The notes under the pieces are model-generated. The model was not told the origin of the DNA. It did no database searches and worked only from the letters and a program-made list of their open reading frames with translations. Of a stretch of 64,000 bases of DNA, positions 39,244 through 52,594 are shown one piece after another. Numbering within the stretch: position 1 is the first letter of the stretch; each line of letters begins with the position of its first letter. A program made the translations under genes and the position numbers. The DNA is from Setoptus koraiensis (lineage: Eukaryota > Animalia > Arthropoda): the NCBI GenBank assembly GCA_048013815.1, contig CM106585.1, positions 744,001 to 808,000 of the forward strand, read 5' to 3'.

Positions 39244-42200
39244 GATAAGAGTAAACCCGAGAGACCAGCGGTCTGCTATAGTTGAGCTACCATCATCGTC
39301 TGAATATAACTCCTTTCGTCTATGCGATCGATTACTTCAATGATATTGACCGAGATTTCTGGCCTAAAGAGATAATCATCGTGGACTTAAATATTCACAC
39401 CAGTTTCGTTCGGTTGAATATTCAGCCCTCCCGGTTTCCTATTCTGATAATCGGTAAGCGATAGTTATTTTTGGCGATAGCCATGAACTCGAGCTATCGA
39501 TTGATGAGCGCCACACTACATTGTTTAGCAGAGAAAGGACGCCCCTTCAGTAACCATCTTTGTGGTTGTGGCTAAATTTTTTTTCCATATGTACAGTTTC
39601 TCCGAGCTGCAGATTGTACCAAACGGTAGAATCTAAGTAGGCAGTATTAACCCCAATTTTATGTTAGTTATTATAGCAGTTGACTGCGATGGCCAAATAA
39701 CGAAATATACATAATATAACAATGAGCAAACATGTTGAGCGGATTGACCGGTTGACACAATTCGAGATCGCATGAGCTGTCAAGCGTTTTAGATGGATGA
39801 ATAGTGATAAATATCGTCTCATCTATTGATTGATTGTCATAACGAAACTGCTTGTGCAAGTGATCGATGGTGAGTGAACGATTCACTGATTTCGACTTTT
39901 TTGTGGCCCCAGTATCACCCAAAGAACGGCTGTCATGAAATTCATCGCACGAATTCGCTAGACAAAATTATAGAGCTCCTTAGTTAGCTATTTTCTGATC
40001 GCGTTCATAAGCATTATCTACTGATCCAGATACTGTACTGTATGTTGAGATTAATGCATGACCACGTTGCACAACAATCATGCTGATCCAACAAGATTGA
40101 AAGCGGCTCGCTATTATTAGTCGAGACTAACCCTAGCTACAGCTTAATATTAATGTCGTGTTAAAATATTACTGTTGTTAGACTGAATTTAGATCATTAT
40201 TAACGGCTTATAAATAAATAGTCGTTAATGATGACTCATTATTTTTCCATTAAAACTGACACTTCTTTGATCCAATCGCATCCGCACAATAAAATCAAGT
40301 ACTATTATCCTGCATTGAACATCGATCAATGTCTACTAATGGATTTTTTGCACAGATCCAATTGTTAGTTTCAAAGTCTTTGTGTCAGGAAATAGCGAGC
40401 TTCAAACGTTTGTCTGAGACTCAAACAACTCTCATATAAAGCAGCCAACAATGATCATCTTACACTCGCAACTTGCATGTGGAACTCCACCAACGATGTT
40501 TGTCACATATATAATCGACAATGAGGGTCACCAAACCAACAACAAGTCTACCACAATATTCTCGAATCTTTTCGCGACTTGCAACTCAACTATTTGTTGA
40601 CATCTTTTTTCACTTGACTACCAGTTCGGGTGATGCGTCTGCCACTGCTGCAGTTGTTATCGGTGTTTGTTTTCTGCACTTGACCCTATTGAGAGAAGAA
40701 TAAATTAGGCTGACAAGCAAAATTGGAGGTCCAGTCAGTCTGGTAGGACTCACAAAAAAAATGTTACAATACTACTACTGTTAGTGCGATGATTCACACT
40801 AACAGTTAGTAGAGGCTACAACTGCAACTGGTTTCCTTTTGTTGTTTGTTGGGCGCTCTTGTACAATACAATACCAACTATAACAATGATAAAAGAACCC
40901 AACAACTGTCTAGAGAGGCTGAAAATTTCGTACAAGCATACACATACGCGGATATAAAAAAAGTAGTCGATCAGCACAATAAAATACATCCTCTCACTTC
41001 AGATTGTGAAGCTCGCCGGCTCCCCATTCTCACACCTCTGGATGTTGTCTCAACATAACCATATCAGTAACGTAGTTTATAGATCGTTTTGCGGAAAAAC
41101 CCATACTATAATCGGACGAAAATGAGCTGGAAATATTTTTCATTCATTTTAGCTTCGTTCTTGCTCCTCATGTGCAAAAAGAAACTCTTATCCGATGATC
41201 GAGGAGTTGATGAGATTGGTTGTAATTGGGCTAGATGACAGTGCAGCAGAGGCAATTCAAAGATACTTCTTGATTCTTGTTTGATTAATATAAAAACGGT
41301 TAAAGTTGATGCACAACCTGGCGCACTGCCTACAAAATCGTAGACATAATCCTTTCTATATTGCATTTCGGAAATCAACAGAGGACAGCAGCAACAGCAT
41401 TTTTTGTCTCTTTACAAGCAACGTTCTCTTGCGTCAAAAGTGCGACACAGATAAAAAATAGACAAATAAAACTGTCATTTGTTTCCGTTCTTAAGCCTGC
41501 GGACGCTATTTAACTGTAACAAATGAACGCAGACCAAACTTTTTTTTTGCGAGAGTTGTCTGTATAACTGCTGATTGCAAGGTTCATGCTTCACGATGTG
41601 AATCTCTGACTAAACTTGATTATTGCATTGAATCAAAGTCCACCATTGTTATCAAATGGGCCTCCATTTGATGCGCAATAGCTAATGTTAACAATAAGAG
41701 TTTCGCTAGGTTCATACTAATCCTTATCGCTCAGTGACTGAATGACACAAAGTAATCATGCCTAGAATCATATTGCCCATGAAAAGGTTCCACAAATATA
41801 TTCAAGCGATTCATCCAGATAAATCCTCATATCAGGTGTGTCATTCGCACCTTCAATGCGAACCGTTAGTAGTAAATCATTGAAACATGGCCGAGCTGTT
41901 GTTACCTGCAGTAGAATGGAGGTTCGATTGAAATCATTTGATCGATATCATGATTTAAATAGAAAAAAAATCCCATCTTACTTCACAGCCAAGCATAATT
42001 CTTTGGTTGGCCTCATAGCCAAAGTATGATCATTGGATATATGGTAGTGGGTATTATGCCTCAGCCCGATAATAATTCCGCGAAAAAAGCTGTGTTTCTT
42101 GCAATGTGAGCAGCAACTTTTGATATCTGTGTCTCTATTGGCGACACATTTCGAGGACAATAGAGACAATCACAATATGAAAGATATCTAAACTATTCCG

Positions 42201-44183
42201 ATAAGCAGCAAACTAGCAGATACTTTATTGTTCGGAGCGGCACAATATCACGTGCTTCCGAAATTTTATCGCGTATGCCATACAGGTGCTGTAGGCTCAT
42301 CATTGTATGCAATGTATGCATAACTAGTGAAATTCTTGACTGAATAATGTACTTGCATTTGTTTATGTACTGTAATTGTGTGCATTGCCTAACAGTTGCA
42401 TCTCTATTTTTGCTAATCGAAAAATTTGTGCTTGAACTCACCTCGAATGATATGTTCAGAATCTTGAATTCACGTGTCAGCTCTTTAAATAATTTGACGA
42501 ACGATAATTGTATTCGCTTGTAATTACGACTATCTGGTTGATTCTTTTTTTTTCCGGTGGTGACTGAGATTTGTTATTTGCAGAAGTTTCTGTTAAAGTT
42601 GCGATTAAATTAAGAGAGATAAACGAAGAGACAAACTCAACACGAACGCTGAAATTTCGCTTGTAGGCTTCCGAAAATCTACTGTAATCTTTTTTGCTTG
42701 ACCACTAGATTATACTGACAAATAAAGATATTACGAGTTGACTTTTCAAATGTGTTTCGGCCAGTATGTAAGTGTTGTTGTTGCTGTCGGATGTTCACTA
42801 ATCAGTTTATTACAAATGATGTATGACTGTAGGCGCTGTTGTTGTGTTCGCCAATATTAGCCAGACAGGCTTCTTGAAAGTTTCAAGACTGTTGCAGCCA
42901 GTTGTATATATTGTTTGTTGCTATAGTTGTGCGCATGGTATTGTTCGCAAACAATTCCTCTAGCCACTGAGGCCCCGTTCGCTTGTTCGTTTGACGATGC
43001 CTGCAAAATGTTATGAAATTGTGCGCTTGCGCTCAAACGATGAGCGTGTGTAACGACAATAGAAGAATAAGTCAATCTTTAGTGTCTTTGGCACCACATT
43101 GATGCCACCAAGGAAACTCTCATTTTATTCCGTTGGTGATGATGAGTGTCGACTGATGGTGGCACACATAAACACATAAAAAATTCGCGAATAACAACAA
43201 GACGCACATAAAGCAAGTCTCTAATTTGATTTTGTTCCGTGTTGCGAGCGTCAATGTCATCGCCATTAGTAGTGACTACTTACTTTGTCGCCTCATGTTC
43301 ATTAGGCACCTCTCCGAACAGAGGAAAGCGGAGCTAGAAATAGTCTGCGCTCGCTCGTATTCTTCTAATAAGCACACACACACATATATACCCGAAATTC
43401 GAGTGTCACGTATAAAACTTGACGAGGGAGAGTTGATAAGTTTAGCGTGTATCGTCGATTTGAATGGAGTGGAATGGACTGGAATGGAGTTTCTGCTGTC
43501 GATGATGAGCAATGATAAAGAAAAAAATAAGATGTTTCTCCTCTTTTTCGTGCCGGCAGTCTCGCCAGCGACAAGAGCGACATCACGCGTGCACCCAACA
43601 AACTACCGTTGGTGATATCTTCGCCTTTCTTCACTATGCTGGTGGTTTGATTCTACTTGGTACTTTTTTCGGTTCTATTCAATTATAACTGTAACTTTTT
43701 GGAGCGACTCGCAAGAAAAGAGCGCACATTTTCTTTCTTTTTGTCCAATTCAATCATCAGTACAATGATCGTTTGTCGTAGCTTGCAACTCGTAGGTCGC
43801 TTGTCAAATGTTATACTTGTTTGTGCTCTAGTTTTGCTTGCGTTCCCGGCTGCGTAGCGCGTGTGTCATGAACACGAATCTAGATGGATTGATGTGACAT
43901 TGTGCAATAGTGACAGATAGCAACAACAGCAACAAAATTAACTACGTGACAGTTATATGACATGTGGCTTACTGTATGTGCGCTAGATCGTGTCTATTCC
44001 TTTTCAATACCACCAAGGAGTGTAAGAAAAAAACCTTGCCACTGGTGGCTGCTATCTCTTTTTCCACAATTCGATGTATATGAGCATCACAAACACATTA
44101 CATAATGGCATTAGGGCGACGCTCAAACCATTAAACAGCCAGTGTTGTGTATGAATAGATTATAGACAAGATTGAATAATGTT

Positions 44184-44240
44184 AACAACAACAACAACAA
44201 CAACAACGGCAACAACAATAATAATAATAATAATAATAAT
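44184..44240. repeat. Compound (AAC)n/(AAT)n trinucleotide repeat
   Basis: Direct reading. Confidence 0.95.
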
Positions 44241-45152
44241 TGAATTGCAGCGCTGCTGAAGCGTGAAACTGTATTACAATCAGTACCCGCACCGCCACTT
44301 GTTTCTTTGTGTAAATTTCACTACAGGAGTCAATTATGGTACAAATTGGCCAACTCCGTGGCGCCAGTTCAATACAGCCTCAATTTAGTTTCTAGCTGTG
44401 TAGCTTGAATGTCTTGAATGTTTTGAATGCACACGAAAAAGTGTTACCTCGAGTCTCGAATTATAACAAATTGGCATTTGTTAAGATAATAAATGACGGC
44501 CATGCAAAACATTTTTTCTATCGCACTAATCTCTGACGTTAGCTTAGCAGCGGACATAGAACCGGCCCCAAATTTTAACAGCATCTGCAATCACATGTGC
44601 TCATTATCAAGTAACTTTGAGAAAGAGCAAAATACATCGGCCGAAATAGCGCTCCTGAGGCCTGACAAAGTGCGAAAAACTCAGCGCGTGCACTATTTAT
44701 TCAACACCCATTATTTTATGCGCTTTAGTTTAATTATTTATCCTCGAGCGGCGATGTCTCCTTTTCTAAACTAAACCCAATGGGCTCGCAAACAAGCGAA
44801 TAAAAGCCCCCAAGGCTCCCTAGCAAAACATATCGTGATAGCTGAAGGCACAGTATATTCGTTTTTTCCAAGTTCAAACACACATAAGACATTGTTAAAC
44901 ATTCAATGTTTATCGTTAGCAGCAATTCACGCCAAATCCCCAATGTCTCTTCTCACGGTCATGATTTATTCATTTTTGCAGTTAGTGAAAATATTTACCG
45001 AAAAAATATTTACCTGAGACTTCCCGGGGTTCGGGCGCAACTGGTGCACATCGAATCCAGTGTCCAAATGGACCCGACGAAAATAGCTTCCTAAACAGAT
45101 GAGTAGTAGTGAGCCAACTGTGAGCGAGAGTCGTGAATAATTTCTCAGTCGA

Positions 45153-45183
45153 GGGGGCGGGGGTTCGGGGGGTTTACTCTGGG
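45153..45183 (+). other. Putative G-quadruplex-forming sequence
   Basis: G5-C-G5-TTC-G6-TTTACTCT-G3 fits the four-tract G4 pattern. Confidence 0.6.
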
Positions 45184-48085
45184 ATTAGCTGTGAGCAAAA
45201 TGTTATTATCTCAGTATGTGGTAGTCTGAGTGAAGAAAATCAGTGCGCCATTTGCCTTCTGGCGTCAGTCAGCTATAGTGAAAAGATGGCAGTGATAGCG
45301 GCAGTGGCAGCAAGCATGGCGCTGCCATAACAATTCCTGTTCAACTGAATTTATCAATATTAACGTTGATAATTGACCACTTAAACTTGTGTAGTGCGCC
45401 CCAAACGGAAACGCGCAACCATGCCGAAGCCATCCTAGTAAGTGAGACTCTCGGTGTAGATCGCCGTCAGTTAGCTGGTTCAGAGGAGCTGGCTGGCCAT
45501 CGTAGAGGGCGAAGCAATGAGAAAATTAATGAGAAAAAAGCCTCTAGCATTCATGCTTGCTTTATCACATTAGACCAGTGAGTGTCAACATGTCTACGCC
45601 TCTGTTGCCACTAACCTCGAGAGATTAGTCAGATGACCAGAGAGAGGGAGAGAGAGAGAGCGAGAGGTCCAATTTAAATGCTGCTCCCTTTGAGTAACAT
45701 AGTAAAGAGATGATGCTGGTGTTGGCGGAATCCGATTCTGACGGCGTAGAAGTAACTGTAATCGAAATGCACCTATGCACTTTCGAACCAGGTAAATGAT
45801 CAATCCCTGGCGTACAATTTCCATATGCACAGGCTGCTCTCGATACCACTACCAGCTGCCGTTTTGGCTGGTTGTCAAATTCGGACTATAGGACTGTTGC
45901 CAACTATCAGTTCAAGCCTCGGCTAACGTGAAGAAGAAAACATACAATGACAGTATTGCAATCACTCGACCAAAGTTGGCAATTCACAGCTCGTACGCAT
46001 TCTATTTTGCTAGAGAATCTAGATAACACCAATGTGTTTAGACCAAAGCTGAGGATGCGTAATCACTGAGGCGAATAAGCACACGCACACGCACACACAC
46101 AAACACCCAGACGCATTTGCGAAGCAAACACACCAAAGAATAAATGGAAAACATTCATGAAAATAATATGATAATATGGATTCGAATATGGCATTTAGAC
46201 AGCCTGTTATGACGCAAATACATTGTTGTATTTCAGTTTAAATTATTGTGTGAAGAACACACTATATCAGATCATAGACCAATTCTCATTGTGTGCCAAA
46301 TGGTCTGCTTTTTGTTGTTGTTGCCAAATATTGAACTGTTAGCTTGGACACTAATCTCTGACGGATTTGCACAAGAGACCAAAGTGATTATGACAACTAC
46401 AGGAATTCCTGTCCCGAAAACATTGGCCAGTTCGAATCTCTCTATCGCAAAAATAACTGGTTTTCATATGATAAACCAGATCGGATCTCTGATGGATTTC
46501 GCGAGGTCGTGCTTGCAACAATGGCAACAATCGGTAATCTTGCTTTGTCACAATAGATGTTTGACACACTATTCGCACACATAATGCGCGGCCATGCAAG
46601 CTTGAAATCTTTCCATGATTTCGCTTCCGGTTCTAAGGACAATTCATACTGTTGTTTTGAACCATCATCACTGCAGAAATTCGTGATGGATAATTTGTAA
46701 TAGTTTCGGCCAGCTCTGAGCTAATGAAAACAATTTCTCATTAGTAGGGCCAACAGAATTAGTGGTTATTCTTGTTAGAAATCGGTTGAAACCATTCGAG
46801 AAACTGGCTTTTTTCGGCACATGGGTGAAAATTTGGTGGATACAATTATGTAATATGGTGTTCAGTCGGTTCAATTAAATTGAAGCTGACAGTTGACAGT
46901 TGACAACACACAGAGTAGCACCCACAGAGATCTAAATTAAACTGATTGATATCGTAATTCATACTGCCAATGTTTTAAGATCTACGAACATGTTCAGTCT
47001 CTAAAAATCTTTTTCTCATTGAGCAAAATCTCCCGAATTCGTCAATCTCCTATTCATAGTGAGATGAATGAATCAACCAAGAAAAAGCCAGTATTTCGGT
47101 GGAAACAAATGTATCTCAGATGACTCGTTTATGTATGACTTGCTCACATACGAACTAGCAGCCCTGGAGAAATAAATCGATGAATAACCCATTCTGTTGG
47201 CTCGTTCTTTTTGGGTTACCATAATAATAATGTCTTGTTTGTGTCGTCGTATAAGGCAGATCAAAGAAATGTCCTGATGATGATTTCACCCAATTTCCGA
47301 CTCACTTCCGTTAAGAAACTGTCGCTTATGTGGGCGCCAAATCGTTATGCAACGAAATCATTGTGAATGCGTCTATTTTTTCTGGGACAATAATCAAAGA
47401 ATCATCAGAGCGCCGAACCATGTCACCCGGAGAGGGTTTATCGGCTATGCATCTTACTGGAGGAAAAAAGTTCTTTTTATGCTTAACATGGTCAATCAGC
47501 GCTGCATTTCAGCTCATTTTGTTATTGTTTCAACACCTACCTCTTTTATATTCTATAATTTATCGTGTTATGGAAAGTACAATAAACAGGTGAAAATTTG
47601 GCTTAAAATATATAGAACAGTGTTGAATGATTACTTATAAGGAAACGTCCCGAGGTGATACATTCACAACACCTGTTATCCGAGATCTATTTTAGACCTA
47701 ATTTTGTAGAAATGCATAGCAGTTCACAGGCAGTCTGGCAAAATAGACTCAGTTTAGAAAGTCTAGCCAGTGAGCGTTCTTTCTGATGCGAGCAAAACGT
47801 AGCATAAAGCTTTCTGAGAGAAGCTTAGTTTTGAGCAATTCTCACACTATGAACAACTTGACTATGATATACCATAAATCACTTTTGAGCATAATTCTCT
47901 TCCTGAGTGAAACCATTTAGTAACCTCAAACAGATGTGGCTAGCAAGTATTTGATACAACTCAGACACCAACCATTAGGAATGTGAAAATTTTCACAGCG
48001 AATTAGTATTCTTCAGAGACTCTTGTTGTCACACATTTGATAAATGGGTTATATTATGGGGCACTACTGAGCTATTCTCTAGAGA

Positions 48086-48100
48086 ATATATATATATATT

Positions 48101-48170
<70 letters not shown>
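48086..48170. repeat. (AT)n microsatellite with one short interruption
   Basis: Direct reading. Confidence 0.97.
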
Positions 48171-48174
<4 letters not shown>

Positions 48175-49115
48175 TTGCTTTAATATCCCTCCAATAAAAA
48201 CCAGTTTTGCGCAGAAGAGATGAGTGCTAAATCTGATCGTTCCGACGTATGCTGTCCTCAGACACACTTCTTGGTAATTGGTGATACGTTCCGAGAAAGA
48301 AAACATTCTAAATGGATAAATTTTCTCTCCCAAGGGAGGCTGTTTCGCAATGTAATCTTGTACAAGAAGATTTTATAACCGAATAAAGTAACAGTGGAAA
48401 AAGATGCCACCTTTTTGAGTCGAGAACAGGCGTGGACCACTAACAACTAAGAAATTCGAAAACACATTGAAGCCCATTCTACAGACCTACACGATAAAAT
48501 TTATTTCATAGTGCATTGAGGGCTACAAGAATTCTCATTGATACAAAAAAACACCTTGTTACCCATCTAACAAGGCCTCGGTATCGGCAAGCACAAACAA
48601 TGGAACCGCACAAAATCCACTTATACAAAAGAAGAGCTCAGAAATATCCACCCCTAAGGGCAACTACTTACAATGACATCTAATCAGACTGCAGTTTTTT
48701 ATAGGCAAAAGCTGTTTTCATTAGGCTTGGCATTCCACCTGGACAATAATGACCTTGAGGCTCTATATGGATGTCTTTGTATAGCCTAGTTTGTCAAGTT
48801 GTCACCTTGTCAACTTGATGGACAAAATAACAGTCTGACGGCATCACTCCAAATCAGCAACCTTCCATTTCCCTGTTGAGAGCCGTAGGGACTTAGACAC
48901 GATGACGAAATAGCCCATCGTTTTTCGGATTTACCCTGTCCCAAACCGCAATTTCTTACATCATGAAATCCGTTACAAGTTATAACCATGTCGCTGACTA
49001 ACTAGAGAAGATAAACTGTAAAACAGCTGTTCGCAATATCCTAGTAACAGAGAGGAAGCCGCACGTTTCTAGGATGAATCGAACAAATTAATAGCTGCCA
49101 CGAGTTTGTTGTGAT

Positions 49116-49221
<106 letters not shown>

Positions 49222-50759
49222 GAAAAAACAGCGACAAAGAAATTAGAACCTCACCATTGGTCGCTGGCGTAGAATCAAATGTCAAATCCTTTGAAAATCA
49301 CGTATTTCTCTTTGCAACAGGAATTCGTTTATACATCTGGGCTCACACAGTTCTCTCATATAGTCGAAAATTTAATTCCGGTTGGCAACATCGTAGATCT
49401 CACTTCACTAATTGGCAGTCATAACTGTTTAGGCAGGTATGTCGTTGGTTCTGTTCGGATAAACTTAATCTGCAGGTTTCGGTTGGCTTCAAGATCTAGA
49501 CCTCGGCCAATACAAAAGAAAAACTTCCCTTTATTTGGCACCATTTCCTGCACACATACAAAAGTCACCCTAGTTTTGTGTAATGTACTCATTTCCATAT
49601 CTATGGAATCGTCGCATTGCGAGCAGGTGTTGGCCTTATGATCGCAACTACTAGATCAGTGTCATTTCAACGAAACCCTCTTGTGCAACCTCACAGTTTG
49701 ATCATCTGTGTGCATCTGCTATTCATCGAGCTACGTAAACTGTTGTTGAACGCACACGTAGAAAGAGTTTAGGATTAAATGATACCAGACCATAACGTTC
49801 AGTATTTCTGTAAACGTTCAATTTATGCCTGCTGTCAAGCCCGAATGCCTTGAAACACGGAGGCTTTCAATCTCAACAACTTAGACCCAGAGGGCCAATT
49901 GAGGCTGCTTAGTTTAAACTCCATATGGCAGATAGACTTTAGTCTGCAGCAAAGACTCACTCGTGCAAAAGCTTTTTCCTGAGCCTCTCATATTTGTCAC
50001 CATTTCGCTGGAAATCAATGGTCAAAGGGATGAACACGCAGCCACCTCAGTTGACCAGGCTAATTCTATGTTCAGAACTACCTATTACTATATCTAGAGC
50101 TTGGCACATGTAGACTCTATATATACGGTGTCCCAGAATATATAAGCCTCACTCAGTAAAGTACACAACTTAACCAAAACAACCACAAATCGAGATCTTC
50201 TCCCTGTCTCTCTATTAGAAGCGTCGATATATCTCTGGTACTGACTATATCTGTTCTAGAGGAATTCGCAGATTTTCGTGAAAAGTTGTCATCTCTAAGG
50301 GTGTTTCATTCTTTGATTGGAAGACTAGCATAGGTGCAGATTCTCATAAATTTTAATGGGACAATTAGCACTAAGAGCATTTTTTTGCTATCTGGTGGGA
50401 TCTCAAAATCTTTGCTTCTTGGAATTTTCTCGACTTCTGCTGAATCTTGCGGTCTTAAAACAGTTCTAGATTTCGAGGGGTTCATGTTTGCGAAAAGTCA
50501 AACTGTATAAAAGTGAGAAGAGTAAGAAATCACATATTTATCCAATCTATTCGCACCAAAGAAAAGATTGCAGTGCAGCAGATTTCATCGAAATCGAGCA
50601 AGCAATTATGGGACACCCTACAAATAGAAGATTTTATTGCAACACACATTCTTCCATATATATTTGGATAATTCTGCTGTGTTTCATCTTAATGAATAAA
50701 ATAGCTTACTAATTTATGCTTTAGGGCTTCTCTGGACAATGAATTTCATCATTCAGTGT

Positions 50760-51053
50760 TCAAAAGTCCTCGGGAGCTATCTCATCAATTTCCAATAGAT
50801 CAAAAGAATCGAGAGCATATTTCATGCATTCCTCTCTCTTGTCCTTGAATTGTTCAACCAACTTGGTTGCTCTGGAATCGACAGCGTATGACCTGACTGC
50901 ACCTCTCAATGGGCTCCAGTCTCTTTGAAGGGATTGTTTGAGTTTCAATAGTTCCTCTTTGCATTGTTCAAATTCTTCGTTGCATGAGGCTAGACAAGTG
51001 AAAGCTGCGACCAAGATAGCAGCAATCATTGTTACTTCGTACAAGATATGCAT
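50760..51053 (-). CDS. Orphan small secreted protein (97 aa), intronless
   Basis: ATG start and signal-like MHILYEVTMIAAILVAAFTCLAS, followed by a charged helical mature part with Cys residues (CNEEFEQCKEELLKLKQSL...DKREECMKY). Confidence 0.65.
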   Translation of the reverse strand: MHILYEVTMIAAILVAAFTCLASCNEEFEQCKEELLKLKQSLQRDWSPLRGAVRSYAVDSRATKLVEQFKDKREECMKYALDSFDLLEIDEIAPEDF

Positions 51054-52594
51054 TGTATTTTTGATTAAAATTTCGATTTCCGGACAACGATGAAATAAAA
51101 ATGATGTTCCCTTTTTTTATCTGATCGAGATTGTGACCAGCAGCTCGGCAAATCTATCTAAATACATCCCTTTGTCTCTCACAGGTATGGTTATAAATAG
51201 ATTTACGATGACGCTCCGATATTGCTGTCGTATGAAATCTTTGAACTCACGGCTTTATTTCAATTTGAAATTTCTCTGCCTCAATCAAGTGGATGCCAAA
51301 AAAATTAATACGATGCAATAGCTCATCACACGTAGCACCTAAATATAGCTTACAACTATATCTTTTGTCGAAAAGATATTTATTTGAATCGAGCCATTTT
51401 CTGGGTGCAAAGAATTTTTTTTTTAAAATTCATGAGCCTTTCAGCAGGTTAGTTCGGAACATCAGGCATGGCATTTACACGCTTATGTCTGAATTAATTG
51501 TCTATAGATATGTCAAAAAATCAACCATACTTTCCATATCCACAAATACTCATTCGATGAATTTGATATAAAAATATGTAAAATTCAGCGGAATAGTTTT
51601 CTGCTTATTCATTAGTTCCTACCCTTTTCCGAGGAAATATGGCCGGAAGTACTATCTGGTGGTAGAATGACTGAATCTTTGCTTGAACTTGTTGGTTGTG
51701 AGTTGTGGCGATATTTTTCACTGTGTTTTGAGTGGTCAGAAATTTTTCCTTCAAATTGATGTCGAAATGGATTCATTTGGTTCGAAATGATAGATCCGTC
51801 TCCTTTCATGATACAACACCGAATGGATGGAATGATTTAAATCACTTTTATCGACCGCTCTATTTAACCGATTATTATTCAACCGATCTGCCTGTTTTTC
51901 GACTGAGGGATCAACGGGAAACCAACCCTGAATCAATATTTCCTGCAATTTGTGTTCGTATGCCTAAAAATTCGTGACTGGGCATCCATTGGACCCTGAG
52001 TTCGGGATTGCGAAGATTTTCGCAAATGCTGGGTCAGCTATCATGCCCTGTTTACTTTTGAGTTATTAATCGGAGTCGAGCACCACCGTCCGTTACCTTC
52101 CTTTCTACATGGATTTAGATCATCTTTCGAACAACTTCCTTTTGGAATATCGCGGCGATGCGTCTATTCTTTTCTATTCATTTACTTTTGCTCTTCCATC
52201 ATTAGACAATTGTGCCAAACTAGAAATCTCCAGTGATAATGTTGTTGCAATTGACCAATTCAATGTAGGTGAGTTATAGTTGCAGCTAAGCGCCAACATA
52301 AGCGCCAGGTTTGAAATGGGCTGTTCTTAACCTATTATTTATTGAATGCTCTGTTGGTCAACAATTCAAGCCCAACTTTCTACTCTAATTGTTAGTCAAT
52401 GATGCCCAAACTAAAGTAGAGAAAGAACTGCGAATGTTATCCCACTAATTGTCTCACCACCAATGTATGTTAATCCTTTCCTCTGAAAGAGTTCGGTTTG
52501 CTTTGTCTCATTCAATTATCTGAGTTGATTAACTTATGTTTATCTATTCGGTTCTACCGTCAGCATTATTTGCCACGACACTAAATAAAAGTTA

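Noticed and set aside
46362-46700. + frame with one stop in about 112 codons (RICTRDQSDYDNY...LALSQ*MFDTLF...); similar protein-looking broken frames near 31330-31560, 48220-48680 and 51730-52300
   Set aside because: Length and stop counts are compatible with chance across six frames; no homology recognisable by eye. A tblastx search would settle it.
49321-49436. Candidate + strand internal exon (TTCTCTTTGCAACAG| ... CAG|GTATGT) with one open frame
   Set aside because: No partner exons or recognisable product found.
50318-50330. 11-nt match to the miR-7 5' end (TGGAAGACTAG); also a 12-nt miR-315-like match near 55082
   Set aside because: The rest of each mature sequence differs and no pre-miRNA hairpin forms.
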